Below are positions 31,310 through 41,270 of a DNA stretch of 64,000 nt, one piece after another. The translations under genes and the position numbers were made by a program. The stretch is from Candidatus Spongiisociaceae bacterium. GTDB taxonomy: Bacteria; Actinomycetota; Acidimicrobiia; Spongiisociales; Spongiisociaceae. Under the pieces are notes generated by a model. That model was not told where the DNA came from, did no database searches, and worked only from the letters and a program-made list of their open reading frames with translations. The DNA lies in NCBI GenBank assembly GCA_965262915.1, contig OZ253564.1:2816001-2880000 (forward strand), given 5' to 3'. The stretch's first letter is position 1, and every line of letters begins with the position of its first letter.

Positions 31310-32052
31310 GGGCGGCCCGTTCCGTCTCGGCTGTTCCGCCGAGTATCCGGTAGACGAGTGACCGGCGTCGTGGGTCGGTGTGTTGCCCGGTGTTGTGGCG
31401 GCGCCGGGAGTACTCGGCGGCGTCTTCCCACCGTTGACGGGCGGCGGGGGTTCGGGCCGTTTCGATGTTGCGGGCGATGACGCGATCGGGTAGGAGGGGT
31501 GGTAGTGGCGTGGTCATGGGTGGGTTCTTTCGTGTCGATTGTGGCCGGGTGTGCATCGAGATTCGGTGCCTCCCGGGTGACCGCCGCACCGCGCATGTGT
31601 TCTTTGTGCGCGGTCGTCTCGGGTCTGGAAGTGGTTGGTTAGTGGAAATGTCATGGTGTGTCGCGGATGGCACCAACATATAACCCCAATACACAGTTGT
31701 GGGGCGGGTGGTGGTGTTGGTTAGTAGAGGGCGGGGAGGTGGTAGGCGATGCACCACCAGGGGGCGGTCGCGGACCGTCCGGGATGGGTGTGTACTACCC
31801 CGTCCCGTTCCATGTTGCGGAGGGTAACACCGAATCGATCGGAGTCCGGCCTGTACCCCAATGTCCCGTGTTCCCGCCGATGTTGCGGATGGCGTCGGCT
31901 ATCCGTTCGGCGGGGGGCCGGTCCGGTTCCTAGCCACCGACTAATGGCAGGGGCGGCCTTTACCTACCGGGGTGCGGTCGAGGGCGAAGGACGGGACGTC
32001 GCCGAGGTGCCCGCCCCTGCCGGCTGAGGCCCGGCGGTCTCTGGATGAACCA

Positions 32053-32147
32053 GGTACTAGAAGTGGGACTTACCTACTCAGCTGCCGCCTGACACACCTT
32101 GTCAGCTGGCCGTTCGCCGCTGTGGGCAGCGGAGGACCCTTCCGCTG
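32053..32147 (+). repeat. att-like site B: GTGGGAC arm plus core CAGCGGA-GGACCCT-TCCGCTG
   Basis: Homologous to sites A and E. Confidence 0.8.
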
Positions 32148-32234
32148 GAGGCGCTCAGGCGCTGTGGCTGTGGGTGTTGGGCCAGCCCAGGTCGGAGGGC
32201 GTCGTCACATGGATACTCGGCGGCGGTGGCACCG

Positions 32235-33332
32235 CTAAGGCCGTATTGGACGCTCCTCTCCCTTGATCGTGAGTTTGATCTTGTCCGCAAACTCCCTCTT
32301 GTCCCCGGTCACACGAACCTCTCTCTTCGCTTGGACTCTTAAGCTTCCCGTTACCCCGACGTACTCGGCTTCGTCCAGGATCACACGGACGGCCTTTGCC
32401 AAAGACCGTGCGGGTTGGGGGCCAGCCATTCCCCTGAACGCATCGGTTCCTACAGCAGCCTCGAAATAACGCCACTTCCCAAAGGTACCGCGGTTCTCTG
32501 TCAGCACATCCCGTATGGTTGCGAAGTCTGCTTCGATCCGATCTCGGCTCTCCCGTGGGAGGTGGTCAAATAGATCCAGCAGGTCGTGGCTCTTGCTCGC
32601 TTCATCGGTACAAGTTAGTGAGATGGCCTTCAGCGCGAGCTCGCACGCGAAGGCGGCGATCATCCCGTTCCCTAGCAGCAAGCCAGCTGTCGCAAGAAGT
32701 TCTTGCTCTCGGTGCCGCGGGTTCTGGCTCAGGGCATGCGCATCGATCTGGAACGAGACCGACCCATCGGCGTTGACTCGGTAATCGGGAAAGTCCGCGA
32801 TCGAGACCCTCTCATGGTCGGTGTTACGGGATACTCCGTCGAGGAGAGCCCTCGCCTGGAGGAAGAACAAACCTGGTGAACCTGCGTCGAAGTCACGGCG
32901 GGTGAGCTTTCCCCTAGGGCTTTTGCTGCGGGCAACCCGGTCCAGCAGCTCCTGCTTCGACAACCTGTGGAGCTTAGGAAAAACCTTTTGAGCGAACGGA
33001 CCGTCACCGTACTTGGGTTGATGTCCCAACATCATGTTCAACGCGTTGATGAAGGACTCCTCGGATATCCTCTTTGCCTCTGCCGCTGCAGCGCTGCCTT
33101 CCAGTATCTCGCCACAGACGATGCACTTTAAGCCGGTGACAGCACGCTCCGGGTCGGTTCTTCCCCTGAGGACTCCCCAGCACCGCTTGCAGCGTCCCGT
33201 GGCATCGAACTCTGAGAAGGGGGGCTGGCCACCGATGACACCGAGCGAGACGGTTGTGGCGTCCATGTCCCAGTCCCACTCAATGGGAATCGTCTGTTTG
33301 GTTCTCTCACTCGGTTCGTTCATGTCGATCAA
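32235..33332 (-). CDS. Zn-finger plus HEPN-like domain protein
   Basis: CKRC..CIVC at the N-terminus; AFACELALKA...SHDLLDLF...WRYF at the C-terminus. Confidence 0.7.
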   Translation of the reverse strand: MIDMNEPSERTKQTIPIEWDWDMDATTVSLGVIGGQPPFSEFDATGRCKRCWGVLRGRTDPERAVTGLKCIVCGEILEGSAAAAEAKRISEESFINALNMMLGHQPKYGDGPFAQKVFPKLHRLSKQELLDRVARSKSPRGKLTRRDFDAGSPGLFFLQARALLDGVSRNTDHERVSIADFPDYRVNADGSVSFQIDAHALSQNPRHREQELLATAGLLLGNGMIAAFACELALKAISLTCTDEASKSHDLLDLFDHLPRESRDRIEADFATIRDVLTENRGTFGKWRYFEAAVGTDAFRGMAGPQPARSLAKAVRVILDEAEYVGVTGSLRVQAKREVRVTGDKREFADKIKLTIKGEERPIRP

Positions 33333-33602
33333 CGCTCTGCTCCTGCTACGTAGGATGCGGGCACATCGAAGTCCATTCCGGGCTGTCTGACCGCTCCGGA
33401 CCGGGTGGCACAGCAGGCGGATGTTTCACGGCGCCGACCATTACCTCGTAGCCGCACCGCGGGCACGGGACTCTCAGAAAGACGTGATCGAAGGGGTACA
33501 CCGTCTGGTCACCTCCGAACAACGGTCCTCGACACACAACCGGGACCGGCCGGCCGTGTCAGGCGGCCAACTCGAGCACTAAAGCCCCGTATGGGTTCGG
33601 GG

Positions 33603-33713
33603 TCAGAAAGCGAAGCGAACACCGACGAGGAGAGCCACCAGGCACACCACGATTCCGACTCCCGCGAACACGACATCGACGACGTCACCTAATAGGTCTC
33701 TGATCAGTTTCAT
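33603..33713 (-). CDS. 36-aa single-transmembrane small protein (putative)
   Basis: Manual translation: MKLIRDLLGDVVDVVFAGVGIVVCLVALLVGVRFAF. Confidence 0.45.
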   Translation of the reverse strand: MKLIRDLLGDVVDVVFAGVGIVVCLVALLVGVRFAF

Positions 33714-33889
33714 GGTCGTAATTCTACAACCCGACCCTGACAAGGGTCGGTCCCGCCGTCTCACCCGAAATCACAGCAACCGACCGCGGGTGAGAAACGC
33801 ATGTGATTTCTGCAACGTTCCGGATGTTCAGGTCAGGGCCCCCTGTCTGGGTTTTGTTGTGCGAACTGGTGTCCGCAGGGGCGTGCAGA

Positions 33890-34090
33890 TCGTGGGCGGG
33901 TTCCCCCGGCCCCCAAAACGGCTTCTAGGCCTTTGGGTTATAATGGTTAACGTTCCAGGGGCGGTTTGTGGGGCGTTTCCGCCCGAAACCCCTCGAGAGG
34001 GAGAGCCGCCAACGGCGTGCTGGGGGGAACCGGTTACCTGGCTGTCAGCCGGGTGGCGGCAGCGGAGGACCCTTCCGCTGCGAGGGCTCG
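33890..34090 (+). repeat. att-like site C: second arm type plus core CAGCGGA-GGACCCT-TCCGCTG (34060-34080)
   Basis: About 200 bp homologous, inverted, to 52275-52469 (shared CCCCCAAAnCGGCTTC, TGGTTAACG and GTTTCCGCCCGAAAC). Confidence 0.8.
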
Positions 34091-34597
34091 GGGTTCGGGG
34101 TTCCCCCCCGTACCGTGTTCGGCCGTTTCCTCGGATCCGACGGCCAACCCCTCGCCGGTGGGGTGGTGGTCGGCCTCCGCCGCCGGGTCGCGCTCGTGAA
34201 GGTGCTCGACGAGGACGGCCATTACATGCATGAACCGGAGTTGCAGGTGGCCTGACGGCCACCAACGTTCACGCTGGTTTTTAAACGGGCCGGGGGACGG
34301 CGTTAGGGGGGAGGGCCGTTTTTTACAGCGCAGCCTTTTTTCCTGCCCGACTGCCTCTAGACCCGCTCGGTAGTCTGGGTGGGTGAGTAACGGTGAGGCG
34401 TTCGGGGTGTTGGCTGGGCTGCTGGCCGACCAGGACCTAGCGGAGCCTTTGGTGGCTGAGATCGAGCTAGGGCGGACGTTGGCTGGACCGTCCGCGGTCT
34501 CGCTAAGGCGGTTGGTGTGTCGCCGATGTTGATTCAGAAACGGGCGGGACGATGAGGGCTTGGTGGCGGTCCTTCCGGCACCTCGGGTGGTCCCGGC

Positions 34598-34707
34598 ACC
34601 TCACCCGGCTTGACCGGGGGGGCCTCGCCCGGCATGACCGGCGCCTCACCCGGAGTGACCGGAGCCTCGCCCGGAGTGACCGGCGCCTCGCCCGGCGTGA
34701 CCGGGGC
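34598..34707. repeat. 21-bp tandem repeat (4 copies plus 1 degenerate)
   Basis: GCCTCRCCCGGMRTGACCGGN units start at 34622, 34643, 34664 and 34685. Confidence 0.85.
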
Positions 34708-34962
34708 CTATGAGGGGTTGCCCCTTCGAATCGTTACCCACCGATGTGCTGCGGCGGCGGTACAGTTTTAGCGGCGTCTGAGAGTACAGACGCGTTTACG
34801 TCGGCCCCCCGCCCTCCTCCGGGGGGTTCGGCGTTTCCGGGTTGACGTGCGGACACCGAGCGTTGACCACGATTAACGGTCGCATATTTGACCGTGGCCG
34901 GGGCGGGTTATGGCCGCCAGCTGCGGAAACCGGTATCTACCTGGGGAAACACCGTCCCGGCT

Positions 34963-34990
34963 ACTTTACATAACCGGTATTATGGGACAT
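34963..34990 (-). other. dif-like Xer recombination site
   Basis: Minus strand reads ATGTCCCATAA-TACCGG-TTATGTAAAGT (11-6-11 layout, XerD-like right arm). Confidence 0.6.
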
Positions 34991-35242
34991 TCCGGAAGGC
35001 TGGACACGGCCAGTGTTTGGGTTGACCCGCTGTAGTGGACGTTTTTGGGTGTCACCACACTCTCCGGCAAAACCGGTGCGGTTCATTGAACTCATCGGAG
35101 AACTTGCGTCTCGGTCGAGTCTCTCCCAACAGGACTCCTTCCCCACACGCTGTGTCCATTCTCGGACATCAAACGCGCTCTTTGTGGAAGTGTCCGGCCA
35201 CCGGGGGGAACTCCAACCGTACCGGGAAACCCCCGGTACGGT

Positions 35243-36712
35243 TCAGGGGGCGGGTTGGGGTGGATCGGGGTGTTGACTGCGGTGGAGGAGTGTTGCTGCT
35301 TGGGCTCGGGTGGTTGGTTGGTGGGGGCAGTAACGCGCTGGGTTGGTAGCGCATCCTTTGGTTATGCCGGCGGTTGTGGCTGCGTCGATGTTGGCGGCGT
35401 GGGGGTTGTTGGCGATGTCGGTGTATCCGGTGGGGGTTCGGGGCGTCAGTTCGAACGTTCGGGCTAGAAAGGTTGCCATCTGGTCTCTGGTTAGGTGGTC
35501 GTGGGGGCAGAAGCGGGCGGGTTCGGTGGCGCATCCGTGGGTTATTCCTAGGGTGGAGAGCCGTTCGACGTGGGGTGCCCACCACTTGTCGGGGTCGATG
35601 TCGGCGAAGCGGCTGGTCGCCGTCGGGTCGGGTTCGCTGCTGTCGAGGAGTCGCACGAGCCACACTGCCATGGTCCATCGTTGTATGGGCTGGGCGGGGC
35701 AGAACAGTTGGGGACCGCATTCGGTGCTTTGGAGGATGCTCTGGGTGGCGAGTTCCAGTATGGCGGGTTTGTGGGTGCTTGTGCTGGTATCGCTGTAGGG
35801 GGAAGTGTTTCCTGGGGGTGGTGTGTCACCGTGAGGGGGGGCGACACAGCCGCCGGGGCCGCCGCTGTACAGCCTTCTTGTGGTGGTGGTGGTGCCGTTG
35901 TAGCCGGAGCCTTGATGGTCGGTGGTGAGATACCGGAGGATGCCGTGGGAGATGGCTTTGGCTTCGGCGGCTTGCACCTCGGGGTCGGCGAGGAGGCGCG
36001 CCTCGGCGGGGGTGGACAGGTAGGCGGCTTCGGTTATTGCCGATGTCATCCCTGGGGTGTATTGCAGGATGCCGTAGAGGTCTTTGCCGTCGCGTTTTCT
36101 TACGATGGCGTTGGCTCCCTGGAACACGGTGTCGCGCCATCCGATGTCGTAGCGGGACAGGGCGGTGTGGATCTGGTCGTACAGTATTCCGGCGAGGCGT
36201 TGGGATTTGGGGTTGTGGGCCTGATGGTAGGTTTCGGTGCCCGGGTCGGTGGATCGTCGTTGGGCTCCTCCGTTGTGGTGGATGGAAACGAACACGTACG
36301 GGTTGAGGGCTCGGGCGATTTCGGCTCGTACGACAACCGGTATTCGTATGTCGGTGGTGCGGGTGAGTAGAACGCTGTATCCGTGGGCTCTGAGTTCGGA
36401 GGCGGCCAGCCGCGCGATTGTGAGGTTCAGGTCCTTTTCCGATAGGCGGTTCGATCCGAGGGCTCCGTGTTCGGTGCCGCCGTGGCCGGGATCGAGTACC
36501 ACGTCTACGCCGGCAATGTAGGTGCCTGTGGTGACGAGGCTTTCTTTCCAACAGGTAGTCGTGACCTGATAGCCGTCGTCCTGTATCGCCCGTACGGGAA
36601 GCACGACTCCGGAGGGGGTGATGACCACGCCGTTGCCGGGCGGGTTCGGGGTGATGTCCTGAGCCGTGGTGGGGGCCGCGGTTGCCAGCACAGCTAAGGT
36701 CAGCGCTGCCAT
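35243..36712 (-). CDS. N-acetylmuramoyl-L-alanine amidase (Amidase_3) with C-terminal SLH domains
   Basis: VLDPGHGG, EKDLNL, FVSIHHN and ITEAAY motifs; SLH-like FCP...TRxQMA repeats; signal peptide. Confidence 0.9.
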   Translation of the reverse strand: MAALTLAVLATAAPTTAQDITPNPPGNGVVITPSGVVLPVRAIQDDGYQVTTTCWKESLVTTGTYIAGVDVVLDPGHGGTEHGALGSNRLSEKDLNLTIARLAASELRAHGYSVLLTRTTDIRIPVVVRAEIARALNPYVFVSIHHNGGAQRRSTDPGTETYHQAHNPKSQRLAGILYDQIHTALSRYDIGWRDTVFQGANAIVRKRDGKDLYGILQYTPGMTSAITEAAYLSTPAEARLLADPEVQAAEAKAISHGILRYLTTDHQGSGYNGTTTTTRRLYSGGPGGCVAPPHGDTPPPGNTSPYSDTSTSTHKPAILELATQSILQSTECGPQLFCPAQPIQRWTMAVWLVRLLDSSEPDPTATSRFADIDPDKWWAPHVERLSTLGITHGCATEPARFCPHDHLTRDQMATFLARTFELTPRTPTGYTDIANNPHAANIDAATTAGITKGCATNPARYCPHQPTTRAQAATLLHRSQHPDPPQPAP

Positions 36713-37038
36713 CAACGGCCCTAGGGTGTGCGTCAGCGGCCGTGATCTCCCGGGCAAAGCTGGCCGACCTCCGGTCCTGTGGCGCCTGACCCGCCGGTGT
36801 AACACCTGGTCCTCCCCCTTTCCCTGGCCCAATCCTTAGTGAACGGTGCGCCGCTATCGGAGATGTGGTCACAAAGAGGTTCCCCACCGTCGGGGGCACC
36901 TCCCGACCCTAGCCTCGGCTCGCCCGGCCGGGTGCTACTGGGGTTTTCTGGTCGACCGGTTGCCGTTGCCGGTTTCATGGCCGGGGCGCCGGACTGGTAC
37001 GGTTCCGGCCTCGGTACGTCCGGCAACCAGGAGGTCCG

Positions 37039-38127
37039 GTGACACGATCACATCCTGCCAGGTCGCGTTGGGTCTTGGTTGTCGGCTGCCTGCTTGCGAC
37101 CATCCTGGGACCAGGTTTCGCGGCCCATGGGCAGAACCGGCAGGGCTTTGAGGATGTCGGCGACAGTGTGCACTCCCCGGCCATCTCAGCTCTCGAGAAG
37201 GCTGGGATCCTCGAGGGTACAGGCTGTGGGGGGGATCGATTCTGTCCGAACGAACGGTTGGAACGCTGGGTCATGGCCGTGTGGATCACACGAGCGGTCG
37301 AGAGCGGAGACCCCAACCCTATGGCGGTGGCACCTTTCACCGACGTTGATAGTGGTGTCTGGTGGGCGCCCCATGTGGAACGTCTCAACCATCTGGGTAT
37401 AACCAGAGGCTGCGCAACCGGTCCGGCCCGGTACTGTCCTCAGGAACCGGTCACCCGCGCGCAGATGGCCTCGTTCCTCGCCCGGGCGTTTCGCCTGGAT
37501 CCCTCCGGATGGGTCGGCTTTGCTGATACCGCCTCCAACACCCACGAACCGAGCATCAACGCGTTAGCCATGGCCAATATCACAACGGGTTGCGATACGA
37601 GTCCTGTCCGCTACTGCCCTGACAGTACGGTCACCCGCGCGCAGATGGCCACGTTCCTTGCCAGGGCTCTCGACCTGGTCACCGGTCCGGGCGTATCCAC
37701 CATCAAGTTCCTGGATGCGTCTCTACGCGAAGCCGTGGCGGGCGGCGCGAAGCACGTCGTCTACGGTCGGGGCGCACAGCATGTTTGGCTGATCGGAGCT
37801 GATGGAACCCTGTTCGATTCGTACCCGGTGAGCGGCAGAGCAGACTGGCCGGTACCGGGGCGTTACAAGGTACTGTCGAAGTCCCGGCATACCCGCTCGT
37901 TTCAGGGTGGAATCACCATGGAGTACATGGTGCGTTTCGTGCAACCACCCGGCAAGGCAGCCACCGGTTTCCATGACATACCTCTCTACGCGGATGGAAC
38001 CCCGATGCAAACCACCGAAGAACTCGGTCAGTACCGGTCAGCGGGGTGTGTGCGCCAGCGGGACGACAAGGCGCAGCAGCTTTACGAGTGGGCGCCGATC
38101 GGTACCCCGGTTGTGGTGCTGGGCTGA
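37039..38127 (+). CDS. SLH-domain protein with a C-terminal L,D-transpeptidase (YkuD-like) domain
   Basis: Three SLH-like repeats; YPVSG, GFHD...SAGCVR and GTPVVV motifs. Confidence 0.85.
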   Translation: MTRSHPARSRWVLVVGCLLATILGPGFAAHGQNRQGFEDVGDSVHSPAISALEKAGILEGTGCGGDRFCPNERLERWVMAVWITRAVESGDPNPMAVAPFTDVDSGVWWAPHVERLNHLGITRGCATGPARYCPQEPVTRAQMASFLARAFRLDPSGWVGFADTASNTHEPSINALAMANITTGCDTSPVRYCPDSTVTRAQMATFLARALDLVTGPGVSTIKFLDASLREAVAGGAKHVVYGRGAQHVWLIGADGTLFDSYPVSGRADWPVPGRYKVLSKSRHTRSFQGGITMEYMVRFVQPPGKAATGFHDIPLYADGTPMQTTEELGQYRSAGCVRQRDDKAQQLYEWAPIGTPVVVLG

Positions 38128-38296
38128 GACGGACACGTGACAGCCGGGCTGTGGCCGTTCATGGATGCATAGGGGGATGCTCGGATCCGCAGCGGATTCG
38201 TGCCGCCGGACCCTTCTAGTGCATGCCCAGGTGACCGACTCGATCCAGAACTAGAGTCCAACCAGGCCTCCGCCGCGACTCAAACACAGAGGTGTT

Positions 38297-39769
38297 GTGA
38301 ACAAAGCATGGGCAGACCTCCGTCGGCAGGGGCCCGATCCGCTGGTGGCTGTGGCACTGTCCGCCGTTTGGCCGGGTTTGGGCCATTTCGGGCATAGCAA
38401 CGCTCGTGCGCTGCTGCTCACGAACCTGACCCTGGCCGCTGCTGTTGCAGGAGTTGGTCATGCCGCAACACGCAGCCTGGGTACCCTACTCACCTGGAGC
38501 CTGACCCCTTCGTTGCTGCGGGCACTGATCGCCGCCACGCTTTGCGTCCTGGTCTTTCGGATAGCGGTAGCAGCCGACGCGTACCGAACAGCGGCGGTTC
38601 GCTACGGTACCGGCAGTGGGGGCTTGGCCCGGCGGGTCGGAACCCTAGCGACGCTGGTGGTGGTAGCGGTGATCATGGCTGCGCCTCATGCGATCACGAT
38701 CCGTTTCGCCCTAGCGCAGTTGGACCTGCTGTCAGCGGTCTTTGACACGACCGTCACCAGAACGGCGACCCCCACTCCCGTTCCTGCTACCACGCTTCCT
38801 ACAACACTGCCTTCGACTTCTGTTCCCGAACGGTCCACTTCCCTGCCTGCGCTCGCGCACACAACGTCGGTTCCGTCAACTACCGAACCGGTACCGACCT
38901 GGGACGGTGCCGATCGGCTCACCATCGCGTTGCTCGGTAGTGACGCCGGCTTCGACCGCCATGGGGTGAGAACCGACACGATCATTGTGGTCTCCTTCGA
39001 TGTGGCTACCGGCGACGCTGCGGCGTTTAGTGTGCCGCGCAACTGGCATCATGTCCCTTTCCCCGAAGGGACACCCGCCCATGAACGCTGGCCCGAAGGC
39101 TATCCGGGTATCGCCAACGAGATCTACGGTCTAGGGCTTAGACACCCCGAGGCATTCCCACATGTTGAAGATGCTGCCGGTCACGCGGTCAAATCAGCGC
39201 TCGCTCAGCTAACCGGCCTCGACATCCAGTTCTACGTGCTCATCGACATGGTGGGCTTCGTCAAGTTAATCGATCTGTTCGGCGGTATCGACCTGCATGT
39301 CAGCGAATCGATCAACGACCGGATCAAACCGATCGTGCCCGACGGTCCCCACATCGACATAGTTGTCGAACCGGGCGTTCACCACCTCGACGGTTTAACT
39401 TCCCTAGGTTATGTCCGTTCCCGCACCAGAAGCACGGACTGGCATCGCATGACCCGACAACGATGCGTGATCGAAGCCCTGATCGACCAGATCCCGCCCC
39501 TAGAAGTGATCTACAACTATGCCAAGTTCGTCGACATCATCTCCGACCACATCCAAACCGACGTTCCCCTCGACCGTCTGGAAGAACTCATCTTCCTCAC
39601 GGACAGGCTCGACACATCAAGAATCGTCACCGTCAACTTCATCCCGCCCGAGTTCCAGGACGGCGACGCACCCGTCGTCCAAGTACGCGAGGCGGTCGCC
39701 CAGGCGCTGCAGGGTACCAGCGGTGAGGCGAACGCTTTTCTCCGTGACAGATGCAAAGCGCCCTCCTGA
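38297..39769 (+). CDS. LCP (LytR-CpsA-Psr) family protein
   Basis: TM segments, a Thr/Pro linker, then LLGSD, RTDTII, SVPRN and YVRSR..TDWHRMTRQR. Confidence 0.92.
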   Translation: MNKAWADLRRQGPDPLVAVALSAVWPGLGHFGHSNARALLLTNLTLAAAVAGVGHAATRSLGTLLTWSLTPSLLRALIAATLCVLVFRIAVAADAYRTAAVRYGTGSGGLARRVGTLATLVVVAVIMAAPHAITIRFALAQLDLLSAVFDTTVTRTATPTPVPATTLPTTLPSTSVPERSTSLPALAHTTSVPSTTEPVPTWDGADRLTIALLGSDAGFDRHGVRTDTIIVVSFDVATGDAAAFSVPRNWHHVPFPEGTPAHERWPEGYPGIANEIYGLGLRHPEAFPHVEDAAGHAVKSALAQLTGLDIQFYVLIDMVGFVKLIDLFGGIDLHVSESINDRIKPIVPDGPHIDIVVEPGVHHLDGLTSLGYVRSRTRSTDWHRMTRQRCVIEALIDQIPPLEVIYNYAKFVDIISDHIQTDVPLDRLEELIFLTDRLDTSRIVTVNFIPPEFQDGDAPVVQVREAVAQALQGTSGEANAFLRDRCKAPS

Positions 39770-39810
39770 CCTTCGCTGCCACCAGTTTGGTGCCTCGCCA
39801 CCCATTTCGC

Positions 39811-40098
39811 CCGCTGCTTCGCCCGCCCCCAACTCTGCCACCGCCGGCACCAAGGCGCCTGCGGTGGCACCCGTCTCAACCAGCACCGCGGCCGCCGCCT
39901 CGACGAAAACCTCGCCACCCGAACCCAAGGTGGCGACAGCCCCCCCAAACCGACACCAACAGCAGCACCGAACCCCGCTACCGAACCCAGACAGACGGTT
40001 CCGGTCACCGCTACCGAACCCCGGGTCATCGACCAGGCACAACTGGAAGCCGCCCTGGCTCGACTACCGGCACCTCTAGCCGCCCAACTCGCCCGCCT
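39811..40098 (+). repeat. About 290-bp imperfect direct repeat, copy 1
   Basis: Shares CTACCGAACCCAGACAGACG.TTCCGGTCACC and TCATCGACCAGGCACAACT.GAAGCCGCCCT with 42931-43218. Confidence 0.85.
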
Positions 40099-40164
40099 AG
40101 CTAGCCGCTACGGGACCAGTTCGGAATCCACCGCGCAGACCCCCCGGAGGGACACCCCACACCT

Positions 40165-41268
40165 GTGATATCTGAAAGCCGTAACCCGTCTACCGGTTCA
40201 GGGGATGCTGCTGGGACAGCAATTAACCTGCCAGGTTCTCCTACATCCACGCGTCCGGATGGATTCCTGTCACACTTGGCGCGTACGGTAAGCAGAGAAA
40301 CAGCGGGGCCCCGCCCACGGGGACAACGGGGAGAAAGCGGTGTGACCATGACCGGCCTATTTGACCTAACAGCGATCCTCGCGGATAAGGCTCTCGCCCT
40401 CGCCGTTAGTGAACAAGTCGCCCCTTCAATGAACGGTCCTGCACTTCGACGGTTGTCAGCGGTGCTCGATGATGTCTCGCTTGGGAACGACTTCGTTGAC
40501 CCCGTGGACGCGGAATGGCTTCGAACTGGTGCGGAAAAGGCCGAAACAGCGGGTCGGCTGCCGTTCTGGGAAACGGAAGTGCAGCGGCTGACCGATGAGG
40601 GTGTCGGCATCATCTCCTGTATTGATCCATCGTATCCACCGAACCTGGCCATGATCCACGACCGTCCGCCGTTCCTGTTCGTACGCGGCAACCTGACCGA
40701 GGCCGACGTTCGCGCCGTGGCCGTCGTGGGGACGCGCGCGGCGAGCGATGAAGGCGTGGGACTGGCAACGCGTATTGCGTCCGAGCTGGCAACCAACCGG
40801 ATCACCGTCGTCTCCGGACTAGCGAAGGGCATAGACACGGCAGCCCACGCAGCGGCGATCAACGCCGGTGGTCGCACCATCGCCGTGTACGGAACCACCA
40901 TCGACAGGGTATACCCGGCCGCTAACAGAGGCCTGGCACGCTCCGTTGCCCGCTCTGGAGCTTGCGTCTCTCAGTTCCTCCCGACAATGCGCACCGGTCC
41001 CTGGTGCTTCCCGGTCCGCAACATCACCACTTCGGGACTCTCACTCGGAACGATCGTCGTCGAGGCCGGGGAGACGTCGGGAGCAAAGATGCAAGCCGAA
41101 GCAGCGCTCGCTCACGGCAAGCGGGTGTTCCTCGTTGAAGAACTCACCCGACAACCCTGGGCGAAAGACATGGCAGAGAACCCTCAGGTAACCGTTGCGT
41201 CAAACGCCCACGACATCGTCACGGCCGTCGACGCGGAGGTCGCGCCCCGCGCCGACGTCCTCATCTGA
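40165..41268 (+). CDS. DprA/SMF-family protein (true start probably near 40343)
   Basis: YPPNL..IHDRPPFLFVRG, VAVVGTR, VSGLAKGIDTAAH, FPVRN and VVEAGETSGA motifs. Confidence 0.92.
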   Translation: MISESRNPSTGSGDAAGTAINLPGSPTSTRPDGFLSHLARTVSRETAGPRPRGQRGESGVTMTGLFDLTAILADKALALAVSEQVAPSMNGPALRRLSAVLDDVSLGNDFVDPVDAEWLRTGAEKAETAGRLPFWETEVQRLTDEGVGIISCIDPSYPPNLAMIHDRPPFLFVRGNLTEADVRAVAVVGTRAASDEGVGLATRIASELATNRITVVSGLAKGIDTAAHAAAINAGGRTIAVYGTTIDRVYPAANRGLARSVARSGACVSQFLPTMRTGPWCFPVRNITTSGLSLGTIVVEAGETSGAKMQAEAALAHGKRVFLVEELTRQPWAKDMAENPQVTVASNAHDIVTAVDAEVAPRADVLI

Positions 41269-41270
41269 CC

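Noticed and set aside
34598-34707. Possible CRISPR array
   Set aside because: Units are contiguous with no unique spacers, and there are no cas genes in the window.
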